Below, piece after piece: positions 8,082 through 16,192 of a DNA stretch of 50,208 bases. The notes under the pieces were generated by a model that saw only the letters and a program-made list of their open reading frames with translations, ran no database searches and had not been told where the DNA came from. Numbering within the stretch: the first letter of the stretch is position 1; each line of letters opens with the position of its first letter. Origin of the DNA: an uncultured Candidatus Saccharibacteria bacterium (lineage in GTDB: Bacteria > Patescibacteriota > Minisyncoccia > Phycocordibacterales > PALSA-1337); contig CAYIQG010000001.1 in NCBI GenBank assembly GCA_964365535.1, forward strand, positions 1-50,208, in the 5' to 3' direction. A program made the translations under genes and the position numbers.

Positions 8082-8103
8082 TTATTAATTTACAAATACA
8101 AAA

Positions 8104-9153
8104 ATGAAAAACAATTCACCTATCCTCGCTCGAATAGCCGTTCTATCAGGACTCGCCCTAGGAGCATTCGCTTTGTCGGCTTTAGCCACCGGCACATGGA
8201 CCGACGCGCCATCCAGCCCGCCTGACAATAACACGGAAGCGCCGATAAATGTTGGATCTATCTTTCAAATAAAGACTGGGAAATTTGCACTGGGAGCGCA
8301 AAAAACTTATAGTCCCGAATCTGGTCGTCCTCTATTGGATATAAATGGAATCGCCTCGATTAATGCTCTAGTCGCAGGAAGTCTAACAGTAGGTGGAACA
8401 CCAACAAGTGGACAAGTACTTGCCGCACAGACTTTGGTAAAAGATGCTTCAAATAATGTTATAGGGGCAACAGTCGGATGGGCGACTCCAAGCGGGAGTA
8501 GTGGAACAACAGCTTCGCTGGACGCGTTATGCAGGACTACCTGGATTCCTCCATACAGAGTGGACTGGGGGGGAATAAGTGATGATGCTACTATCCGTAG
8601 ATCTATTACTCCTGTAAGCTTGCTTATTAACGGCAGGAATATTTGCACGGATGATAATGGATGTACTTATCGAATATGGCAGACGAGTCCAACATATCCT
8701 CAAGGATTTAATTTTTACGGTACATCACCAATTATGTTTCGACAGGTTGCATCTGGTAAAATTGGAGCGGGTAAATGGATAGATGCGTTAGATAATCAAA
8801 AAGGTACGAATGGTGATGATGTTAGAACAGATTTAATTGGAGGATCATCGAATTATGGTACATTTTTAATGGATGATCTAGATTACGAAGGAAACCTCAC
8901 CGACAAACCATTTATTACTAATGTAAATGACATAAAAAACCCAGGAAGTTCAAGTTTCTTGTGGGAATATCCAAACTTTACTCCATCCATAACTATAAGC
9001 AATGATATATGGTGGTCAGATGGGGTGGGTGGAAGCGTAAGAGAGGCACGTTCGTATTCTGAGCACTCTCCAGATTGGGTAAGTTTTGAGAAAGTATATT
9101 ATGATGGTGAGATTGATCCTGTCGTAGACATTGTTACCATTTGCGATTTATAA
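8104..9153 (+). CDS. Secreted protein, paralog family A (349 aa)
   Basis: Signal peptide MKNNSPILARIAVLSGLALGAFALSALA and the EAPINVGSIFQIKTG module, roughly 85% nucleotide identity (by eye) to 4782.. over the signal-peptide region, then divergence. Confidence 0.8.
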   Translation: MKNNSPILARIAVLSGLALGAFALSALATGTWTDAPSSPPDNNTEAPINVGSIFQIKTGKFALGAQKTYSPESGRPLLDINGIASINALVAGSLTVGGTPTSGQVLAAQTLVKDASNNVIGATVGWATPSGSSGTTASLDALCRTTWIPPYRVDWGGISDDATIRRSITPVSLLINGRNICTDDNGCTYRIWQTSPTYPQGFNFYGTSPIMFRQVASGKIGAGKWIDALDNQKGTNGDDVRTDLIGGSSNYGTFLMDDLDYEGNLTDKPFITNVNDIKNPGSSSFLWEYPNFTPSITISNDIWWSDGVGGSVREARSYSEHSPDWVSFEKVYYDGEIDPVVDIVTICDL

Positions 9154-9318
9154 GCAAAGTTTTTCTATCTAAATATCTTCCAGTCATTCAATCAACATCA
9201 AAACTGGCATTATGTCTTCTATCATACATTAAGTAAAACAAACCTAAATAATAATCCTTCCTCCGCCTCGCCCATGATGTGATTGATTTTTTGTACAAAA
9301 AGCATGCCAATAATTCAC

Positions 9319-10497
9319 TTACCTGATACTACCTCCCCAGATATAATCATCGAATTTTGGTGATAGATTCTTACCAATTAACCTATATTTTTTAACACCC
9401 GCCATTTTTGCAATATTCGCCAGATCATTTATATCCGTCTCAGTTGGAGTTTCTTTTGTCTCGAGAGCTATATCTCCATTAAAGATGAAATCTATTTCTC
9501 TACCATTTTTCAATGAAAAGTATTTGATGACACCTCTCTGTCTAAGTTCTGCGTACACAGCATTCTCGAATCTTGCTCCGCTACCAACGTCAGCAAGAAT
9601 GCCGAGCAAGCCACTATCACAAAAATATAGTTTTTCTGCCTTAACTATTTCTCTGTCAGAATTATTCGTCAATACAGGAATCTTCGATATTAGATAAGTA
9701 CCCTCAAACAAATTTACATAATTCTGAACTAGTACGCGAGAAAGTCCAGTCAATCTAGACAACTTGGAATAATCTAGTTTGTTCCCAACCCTACTTGCAA
9801 GCATTTTCATTACATTGTACGCACTTTGCCTATCCGCAAAATCAGCCAGGGAAGAAACATCTATATTAATATATGAACTAATGATTTCATTTAATAAATC
9901 AATCTTCTCTTTTTCAGTTTTAGCTAGAACTACTTCTGGAAAACCACCGAATCTCACAAATTCTTCATAATAATTTTCGAACGAACTGTATTCTGACTCC
10001 GAAATCTTTGTATTATAGAAATCTGAATTCGTCCCAGCTTTGACTTCCTTGAAAGTCAAGAACTCACCAAATTCAAGAGGAAACAATTCAAATATCTTTT
10101 TCCTACCCGCCATTGATTCAGTAAATAAGTTCTTCATATAGTAAGAACTAGAACCTGTAACTATAAATTTAATATCATGATTATCATATAAATATTTTAA
10201 TACTCCGGGGATTTCCTTCACAAGTTGGATTTCATCAATAACAATATATGCCCGTTTTGAAAAATCTAAACCTTTTCCTTGAAGCTGTTCTACGATAGCG
10301 TCAAAATTCCTTGGTGAGAAAATATCTTGATTAGCTAAAATCTGTAAATCAATATAAATTTTATTTTCTGATTTAATATCATTCAGTAGTTGCTTGACTA
10401 TGGTCGTTTTTCCCGTACGTCGCATACCAGTAAGCACAATGATCTGTTTGCGATCTAAATGTTCCTTTAATTCAATATGTATTCTTCTGGGGTACAT
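9319..10497 (-). CDS. AAA-family ATPase with DUF4143-type C-terminal region
   Basis: Walker A LTGMRRTGKTT, Walker B YIVIDEIQ, and a length and layout typical of the AAA_14 plus DUF4143 architecture (from memory). Confidence 0.75.
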   Translation of the reverse strand: MYPRRIHIELKEHLDRKQIIVLTGMRRTGKTTIVKQLLNDIKSENKIYIDLQILANQDIFSPRNFDAIVEQLQGKGLDFSKRAYIVIDEIQLVKEIPGVLKYLYDNHDIKFIVTGSSSYYMKNLFTESMAGRKKIFELFPLEFGEFLTFKEVKAGTNSDFYNTKISESEYSSFENYYEEFVRFGGFPEVVLAKTEKEKIDLLNEIISSYINIDVSSLADFADRQSAYNVMKMLASRVGNKLDYSKLSRLTGLSRVLVQNYVNLFEGTYLISKIPVLTNNSDREIVKAEKLYFCDSGLLGILADVGSGARFENAVYAELRQRGVIKYFSLKNGREIDFIFNGDIALETKETPTETDINDLANIAKMAGVKKYRLIGKNLSPKFDDYIWGGSIR

Positions 10498-10522
10498 AAT
10501 TTTATTATTAAAAATTTATAAC

Positions 10523-10545
10523 TGTAAATAGTATTACTATTTACA
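10523..10545. promoter_or_regulatory. Perfect 10-bp/3-nt/10-bp AT-rich palindrome between two minus-strand genes
   Basis: tgtaaatagt att actatttaca lies 26 nt upstream of the ATPase start and 68 nt after the Tyr-rich gene stop. It could be an operator or a weak terminator. Confidence 0.3.
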
Positions 10546-10612
10546 CTAATATTATACATCCAGTAATTCTAGAGTGCAAATCGTTGGAAAAACCTTATTC
10601 ATAGCGCTTAAA

Positions 10613-11035
10613 TTACCGCCTTCCCCCACCACGCCCATCATGCGGTGAATAAGGCGTTGGATATGAATATACGGAGCGTTGATTGTCATAGCTATAACGA
10701 TTGTTGTAGATGCCATAGTCATGACCGTAATTATAGTTCCCATAACTATAATAGTTATATGAGGGATATGAATTGTACGAATAGCCGTAGCCTGAATAAT
10801 AAGTCGGGGAATAATATGAATATGATGAATAATATGCCGGCGAATAATAGTAATCGTACGAACCGTACGAATCATAGGTAGAATACGGTGAATAGTCATA
10901 ATAACCAGAATAACCCGAGTAATCAGAATAGCCGGAATAGTCCGAATAATATTGGGCGTTCGCAATATTCGTACTCGCGAAATATGAGGTAATAACGATT
11001 ATTGCCAAAAAGAGATAATATATGTATGTTTTCAT
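10613..11035 (-). CDS. Secreted tyrosine/serine/glycine-rich low-complexity protein
   Basis: Signal peptide MKTYIYYLFLAIIVITSYFASTNIANA, then about 110 aa dominated by Y-S/G/D repeats (YSGYSDYSGYSGYYDYSPYS...), ending GRGGGRR. Confidence 0.6.
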   Translation of the reverse strand: MKTYIYYLFLAIIVITSYFASTNIANAQYYSDYSGYSDYSGYSGYYDYSPYSTYDSYGSYDYYYSPAYYSSYSYYSPTYYSGYGYSYNSYPSYNYYSYGNYNYGHDYGIYNNRYSYDNQRSVYSYPTPYSPHDGRGGGRR

Positions 11036-11115
11036 ATCCGCAATATACATTACTTTTAAGAAAAAATCAAAGCCGCTTCCCTTTTGAGAAACGGCTAAGT
11101 GAAACTGATAACGAG

Positions 11116-11412
11116 CTAGCGGTGGTACCGATAATATCCGTATGGCGGATAACTGTATCCATGACCATAGGGATACACCATCACGGGTGGTGGCGCCATA
11201 TACGGCGGCGCAAAATCGTTGGGGTGAATATGCGTCACCTCCACATTGATCGGCATGCCGACCGACAACGACTTGGAATGATCAGAATAAGATGTGCCGG
11301 CCGGACCACTCCTGTATTCGACATTTTTCCTGTGATGAGAAACGCATCCGGAAGTAAAGGTCGCGACCAAGACCATGGCCAGAATTGACAAAAACAAACT
11401 TACATTTTTCAT
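11116..11412 (-). CDS. Lipoprotein with Pro/Tyr-rich C-terminus
   Basis: The ATG at 11412 gives MKNVSLFLSILAMVLVATFTSGC, a lipobox ending in Cys. The C-terminus is PPYMAPPPVMVYPYGHGYSYPPYGYYRYHR. Confidence 0.6.
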   Translation of the reverse strand: MKNVSLFLSILAMVLVATFTSGCVSHHRKNVEYRSGPAGTSYSDHSKSLSVGMPINVEVTHIHPNDFAPPYMAPPPVMVYPYGHGYSYPPYGYYRYHR

Positions 11413-11521
11413 AAAATCAAAGTTCAAATTATTTCCTTTTCCACTCCAAGACATTTGGAATGGTTCTGCTAGAAGTTTAGCATAGTTGCTGTAATCTGTC
11501 AAGGAGGTGGATTTTCTTATT

Positions 11522-13216
11522 ATGCTCTATAATAAAGTGAGCATGACTATCACTTTCGACGAAGACAAGCAGAATAGAAAGCTCGACGAATTGCGCCGCA
11601 AAGAGGAGGAGGATTTGGTGCAGATTTTATCGGCAAAATACGGAGTGGGGTATGTGAACCTTCTCGGCATATCAATAAACTCCGACGCCTTGCGGCTAAT
11701 AGACGAGAAAACGGCGCGTGAATCGCAAATGGCGGCATTCGCGCTCACGGACAAGAAAGTGAAGGTAGCGACGCGCAATCCGCAAAGCGAGAAAATAGAA
11801 TCCGTTATATCGGGTTTGAAAGAGAAGGGTTATCAAGCGGAAATATACATAACTTCAACGCAAGGACTAATGAAAGCGTGGAATTTGTACAAAGACCTCT
11901 CTTTCGCTTATGAGAACAAAACAGGCTCGCTAGAGATATCAAATGAGGAAATAGCGGAGATAATCGAAAAGACCAGAAGTTTGCCGACAATAATATCAAT
12001 TCTCGAAAATACGGTATCAGCCAACAAAAGTTATCGCGTATCGCGGATATTAGAGACAATCTTGGCGGGCGCCTTGGCTATTGAAGCCTCCGATGTGCAT
12101 TTGGAACCCGAAGAATCGTATGTGTTATTGCGATACCGTTTGGACGGCGTGCTCCATGAGGTAACGCGTTTCGATAATGGCACATACGCTTTACTTCTTT
12201 CGAGAATAAAGCTTATTTCTGGAATGAAATTAAATATAAAAAAAGATTCGCAAGATGGGCGTTTCAGTATTCATTTGCCTATGGGAGACATAGAAGTTCG
12301 CGCTTCAATATTACCCGGAAATTACAATGAATCAGTCGTTCTTCGCCTGCTCAATCCGAAAAGCATAAGTATTCCGCTCGAAAATATGGGTATTCCCAAA
12401 AAATTGCTCAATATTCTCAATGAGGAAATAAATCGTCCCGATGGCATGGTCCTAACGACAGGTCCGACGGGTTCGGGAAAGACAACGACGCTTTACGCCT
12501 TTCTGAAAAAAGTTCACAATCCTGGCGTAAAAATAATAACCATTGAAGACCCGATCGAATATCACCTTGAAGGTATTGTCCAGACACAAGTTAATGAAAA
12601 AGGTTATAACTTCTTGGAAGGTTTGCGCGCCGCGGTGAGACAGGACCCGGATATTATTATGGTTGGTGAAATCCGAGACTCTGAAACGGCGAGTATCGCT
12701 ATCAATTCCGCCCTGACTGGCCACTTGGTATTCTCTACCCTGCACACAAATGATGCCGCCGGTACATTTCCCCGCCTTATAGACCTCGGCATAAGTCCGA
12801 ATATTATTCCTTCGGCGCTTCGCGTTTCCATGGCGCAAAGGCTTGTTCGTATTCTCTGCCCGAATTGCAAAAAAGAATCCGCGGTTAAAGGAAAGGTAAA
12901 AGAACAAATAGAATTAACATTGGGGTCAATTGAGGATAAAGCTCTCGTACCAACGGAACATGACAAAATATGGCTTTCTGTCGGTTGCGAAAAATGCAAT
13001 CATACCGGATTCAAGGGCCGTATCGGCATTTATGAAGCCATTCTGATGAATGAAAAAATAGAACGAGTCGTTCAAACAAGTTCGAGCATTCATGAAATAT
13101 GGGAAGCCGCGAAAGGCCAAGGGATTCTCACCATGAAACAGGATGGCGTTTTGAAAGTGTTACAAGGGATTACTTCGCTTGAAGAGCTGGAGAGGGTTAT
13201 TACGATTACAGACTAA
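11522..13216 (+). CDS. pilB: PilB/GspE-family secretion ATPase (type IV pilus or type II secretion)
   Basis: Walker A TGPTGSGKTTTLY, Asp box, Walker B IIMVGEIRD, His box LVFSTLHTND, and a tetracysteine CPNC...CEKC motif. The start is ambiguous: AAGGAGG at 11501-11507 favours the ATG at 11522, while TATAAT-N9 favours the ATG at 11543. Confidence 0.9.
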   Translation: MLYNKVSMTITFDEDKQNRKLDELRRKEEEDLVQILSAKYGVGYVNLLGISINSDALRLIDEKTARESQMAAFALTDKKVKVATRNPQSEKIESVISGLKEKGYQAEIYITSTQGLMKAWNLYKDLSFAYENKTGSLEISNEEIAEIIEKTRSLPTIISILENTVSANKSYRVSRILETILAGALAIEASDVHLEPEESYVLLRYRLDGVLHEVTRFDNGTYALLLSRIKLISGMKLNIKKDSQDGRFSIHLPMGDIEVRASILPGNYNESVVLRLLNPKSISIPLENMGIPKKLLNILNEEINRPDGMVLTTGPTGSGKTTTLYAFLKKVHNPGVKIITIEDPIEYHLEGIVQTQVNEKGYNFLEGLRAAVRQDPDIIMVGEIRDSETASIAINSALTGHLVFSTLHTNDAAGTFPRLIDLGISPNIIPSALRVSMAQRLVRILCPNCKKESAVKGKVKEQIELTLGSIEDKALVPTEHDKIWLSVGCEKCNHTGFKGRIGIYEAILMNEKIERVVQTSSSIHEIWEAAKGQGILTMKQDGVLKVLQGITSLEELERVITITD

Positions 13217-13242
13217 TTATTCTTGCTTTCTTATCGGCTTCA

Positions 13243-13402
13243 AAAGTCCCCACACAATATTTGTTTTTTGCGTCCGAGAACTTGTCTGAATGGAGTATAA
13301 ATTGCTAGAAATATTAGCGACACTGTTAGGAGCCAATATTTCTTGCAATTTAACGACATGAGTCTCGCAGGACGCAAAAAACAAATATTGTGTGGGGGCT
13401 TT
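13243..13402. repeat. Foldback element copy B: 28-bp perfect arms (33 bp with one T.G) around a 94-nt core
   Basis: 13248-13275 ccccacacaatatttgttttttgcgtcc is the exact reverse complement of 13370-13397. The core is about 95% identical to copy C. Confidence 0.9.
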
Positions 13403-13480
13403 CCCCTTTGCGTTATCCACAAAAAAGATTGCTTTTTGAATAGGCGCGGCGTTAGTATGGCGACAGAAGAAGACAAACAA

Positions 13481-13646
13481 AAAGAGCACATGAATCTCTA
13501 AGCAATATCTCCTGGCGTGATGCCAGAAGCGAGGTATATTCCCGAGGATAATTCCAGTCACTTCTTTATGAAAAAGAAAACCAGAATGTCCTTAGAACTA
13601 TACCCAAACCTGGGAAGGCCATTGCTTAGAGGTTCACGAGCTCTTT
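13481..13646 (+). ncRNA. Candidate rod-shaped structured RNA (6S-like architecture), identity unknown
   Basis: 13481-13506 pairs with 13621-13646 (26 positions, 3 non-Watson-Crick). Inner helices are gaggtata../..tataccc and GAGGAUA/UGUCCUU (with G.U pairs valid only on the + strand), plus a terminal hairpin ttcttt-atgaa-aaagaa. It lies in a 550-nt gene-free gap. Confidence 0.3.
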
Positions 13647-13765
13647 CAAAAGGCTTAAATTATACCCGGGGTAGTTTCGAATATAAAACCCCCCGGGATG
13701 AACCAAAGAACACATAACTCAGTGCCCCTCAATCCGTCTGAGCATGCTAGCATAAACATATTTAT

Positions 13766-14776
13766 ATGTCAAGGACTTCTGTCAAACCAAATAACGACGA
13801 AAAAGAGGCTGGTTTCCTAGATCAGACCTTGCGCCCTTCGCGCTGGGAAGATTATATTGGTCAAAAGAGCGCGAAAGATAATCTTCATATACTGCTAACT
13901 GCCGCCAAAGAGCGCAAACACCCGCCGGAACATATGCTTTTTTATGGTCCGCCGGGACTTGGCAAGACTACTCTCGCTCATTTGATAGCAAAAGAAACTG
14001 GAGCTCAGATGAAAGTCACTTCCGGACCGGCCATTTTGAAAGTGGGAGATTTGGCGTCTGTCGTAACAAATCTATCAGCCGGAGACATACTTTTCATAGA
14101 CGAAATTCACCGCCTAAACAAAGCTATCGAAGAAGTCCTCTACCCCGCTATGGAATCGGGTACCCTTGATATTATTATAGGCAAAGGACCATCGGCTAGA
14201 ACAATTCAGCTAGACTTGCCTCCATTTACCCTAATAGCCGCCACTACCAGAATCGCCATGATTTCAGCTCCGCTTCGCTCGCGTTTTTCCGGCGGCGTAT
14301 TCAAGCTAGAATTCTATTCTAATGAGGAAATCGCCGAAATTATCCGCCGTTCCGCCAAGATTTTGAAAATAAATATTCATGAAGGGGCTGTGAACGAAAT
14401 CGCCACTCGTTCCCGCTTCACTCCGCGCACCGCGAATTTTCATCTCAAGCGCTGTCGAGACTACGCGCAAATCAATAAAGTTCCCCTTTCGAAAGATATA
14501 GTCGAAAAAGCTCTGGTCATGCTAGGCGTTGATACTCTGGGACTGACCAATGCCGACCGCGATATCTTGAAAGTGATTATCAACAAATTCGGTGGCGGTC
14601 CCGTCGGCTTGAACACCATCGCCGCCGCGCTTTCTGAAGAACAGGCAACCGTTGAAGAGGTGTATGAACCGTATTTGATTCAACTAGGACTGTTAGAGCG
14701 CACACCGCGCGGTAGGACGGCGACTGACCGAGCTTACGCGCATTTGGGCGTGAAGGGTGTAGCGAAATTATTATAG
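13766..14776 (+). CDS. ruvB: Holliday junction branch-migration ATPase RuvB
   Basis: LRPSRWEDYIGQ, Walker A GPPGLGKTTLA, Walker B ILFIDEIHRL, and a typical size of 336 aa. Confidence 0.95.
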   Translation: MSRTSVKPNNDEKEAGFLDQTLRPSRWEDYIGQKSAKDNLHILLTAAKERKHPPEHMLFYGPPGLGKTTLAHLIAKETGAQMKVTSGPAILKVGDLASVVTNLSAGDILFIDEIHRLNKAIEEVLYPAMESGTLDIIIGKGPSARTIQLDLPPFTLIAATTRIAMISAPLRSRFSGGVFKLEFYSNEEIAEIIRRSAKILKINIHEGAVNEIATRSRFTPRTANFHLKRCRDYAQINKVPLSKDIVEKALVMLGVDTLGLTNADRDILKVIINKFGGGPVGLNTIAAALSEEQATVEEVYEPYLIQLGLLERTPRGRTATDRAYAHLGVKGVAKLL

Positions 14777-14781
14777 AAATA

Positions 14782-15108
14782 TTATTTAACCCTTTTCCAC
14801 TCGCCAGTTTCAGAATCATAATTGGCCACATCGTGACCGCCAATGGGTATTCCATTTTCATAATACACCTTATGAATAACTGTCCCCGACGATTGATTGC
14901 CGTCCGGAAATCGTCCTTTTCTCATATATTCATATTGAATAGTTTCACCGGGATTTTCGCCTTCAATCTTTACTTCAAGCAAATATAATCCTTGTTCATC
15001 GGATAATTCACGAATAAAAGTGGTATTTTCTGCAAAACGAGAAATAACCTCCATAACTTCAGCTTTTGTTGGGATTGTTTCTGGTCCCTTTTCAAATGAG
15101 TTTTCCAT
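14782..15108 (-). CDS. Hypothetical small cytoplasmic protein (108 aa)
   Basis: Clean ORF convergent with ruvB (5-nt gap). No family recognised. Confidence 0.55.
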   Translation of the reverse strand: MENSFEKGPETIPTKAEVMEVISRFAENTTFIRELSDEQGLYLLEVKIEGENPGETIQYEYMRKGRFPDGNQSSGTVIHKVYYENGIPIGGHDVANYDSETGEWKRVK

Positions 15109-15127
15109 GAACTAATTGTATCACAAA

Positions 15128-15156
15128 ACTTGAAATCACGACTTGTGATTTCAAGT
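15128..15156. promoter_or_regulatory. Perfect 12-bp/5-nt/12-bp palindrome in a divergent promoter region
   Basis: acttgaaatcac gactt gtgatttcaagt lies between the divergent starts at 15108 (-) and 15246 (+). Confidence 0.4.
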
Positions 15157-15245
15157 CGTTGGTAATTGGTGGTATTATGATTCATATAAGTTCAATGCTA
15201 CTATATTAACAGTGTTTTAATAATCAATTCATCATCTAAAAAACT

Positions 15246-15608
15246 ATGAATAATGTTCAAAATTTGACGCAAGCACTCGACCAGTTGAAGCGAGAGATTC
15301 AAAAAGAAAATAGCGATCTTTCCATAAAAGAGACGGCTATGAAATCAGCAATAACCGAAAAGCAAAACCTTGAAAACTCTGTGAAAACTAAGGAAGTTGA
15401 GTTGAAACAAAAAGAAGTCGAGATACAAAAATTAAAAGTTGAAATTCAACAAGCAAAAAACAAACTTCCTGAAACCGATCGAAATATAAAAAAATATACC
15501 GAAGAAGTAAGAAAAATCAGGCTGGAACAGACCCAGAAAAATCAAGAACTTTCTAATATCCAGAGAGAATATCAAGATGCCGTGAAAAATAACAGTGGCA
15601 AAAAATAA
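15246..15608 (+). CDS. Coiled-coil protein (K/E/Q-rich, 120 aa)
   Basis: Heptad-like, highly charged sequence throughout. No family recognised. Confidence 0.55.
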   Translation: MNNVQNLTQALDQLKREIQKENSDLSIKETAMKSAITEKQNLENSVKTKEVELKQKEVEIQKLKVEIQQAKNKLPETDRNIKKYTEEVRKIRLEQTQKNQELSNIQREYQDAVKNNSGKK

Positions 15609-15613
15609 GGTGA

Positions 15614-15641
15614 TTGACTAATCATTTTATCACGGTAAACT
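15614..15641 (+). promoter_or_regulatory. Sigma70-type promoter TTGACT-N16-TAAACT, 6 nt before the yebC ATG (leaderless)
   Basis: TTGACT at 15614-15619, TAAACT at 15636-15641, ATG at 15648. Confidence 0.5.
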
Positions 15642-15647
15642 ACCATC

Positions 15648-16172
15648 ATGTCCGGTCATAATAAATTCTCGAAAATAAAGCACTTGAAAGCTAAGAATGA
15701 CGCGCAAAAGAGCAAGTCATTCGGCAAATATGTGCGCCTTATCACCGTGGAAGCCAAAAAATCGGGCGGGAATGTTCATTCTCCGAGCTTGGTGGCGGCA
15801 ATCGAGAAAGCGCGCAAAGAAAATATGCCGAATGATACGATTGACCGCGCGGTGAAGAAGGTAACCGATAGTGTCGCCATGGAATCATTCGTCTATGAAG
15901 CATACGGTCCCGGCGGTGTCGCTATCCTGATAGATGTTCTAACTGATAATCATAATAAAGTCGCGCAAGAAATAAAACACATTCTCGCATTACATGAATT
16001 GTCACTCGCCTCCCCCGGAAGCGCCTCCTGGGCATTTCAGAAAACTCATGAAGGCTGGACACCCACAACAACCTTGTCTCTCGAAGATACCAATATTGAA
16101 AAATTAACCAAATTAATAGAGGATTTGGACGCGAACGATGAGGTACAGGAAGTTTTTACTAATGCAGAATAG
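15648..16172 (+). CDS. yebC: YebC/PmpR-family transcriptional regulator (short form)
   Basis: N-terminus MSGHNKFSKIKHLKAKNDAQKSK, plus NMPNDTIDRAVKK and YEAYGPGGVAILIDVLTDNHNK. At 174 aa it is shorter than the roughly 240 aa I remember for this family. Confidence 0.85.
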   Translation: MSGHNKFSKIKHLKAKNDAQKSKSFGKYVRLITVEAKKSGGNVHSPSLVAAIEKARKENMPNDTIDRAVKKVTDSVAMESFVYEAYGPGGVAILIDVLTDNHNKVAQEIKHILALHELSLASPGSASWAFQKTHEGWTPTTTLSLEDTNIEKLTKLIEDLDANDEVQEVFTNAE

Positions 16173-16192
16173 TTTATTTATAAATCGTCAGA

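Noticed and set aside
4782-8290. Considered whether the two similar 5' regions (4782.. and 8104..) are a DGR template/variable repeat pair.
   Set aside because: Differences are spread over all four bases and are not adenine-specific. No reverse transcriptase gene is in the window. Ordinary paralog divergence explains the pattern.
10552-10965. 137-aa ORF rich in I/H/R/T that overlaps the Tyr-rich gene in another frame on the same strand.
   Set aside because: It is a composition shadow of the TAY/AGY-rich repeat. It has no signal peptide or plausible start context, whereas the 10613..11035 frame has a clean signal peptide.
13217-13717. ORFs 13217..13561(-), 13240..13491(-) and 13517..13717(+) in the pilB-ruvB gap.
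   Set aside because: - The minus-strand ORFs run straight through the palindromic foldback element, so their sequence is dictated by the repeat.
- None has start signals or recognisable protein features.
- The region is better explained as structured non-coding DNA or RNA.
13440-13760. Tested the long gap for RNase P RNA, tmRNA or SRP RNA.
   Set aside because: - GAGGATAATTCCAG and GATGAA..AGAAC weakly echo RNase P CR-I and CR-V, but the P4 pairing partners are absent.
- There is no tRNA-like 3' end (GGTTCGA.TCC...CCA).
- There is no SRP GGAA-tetraloop helix-8 motif.
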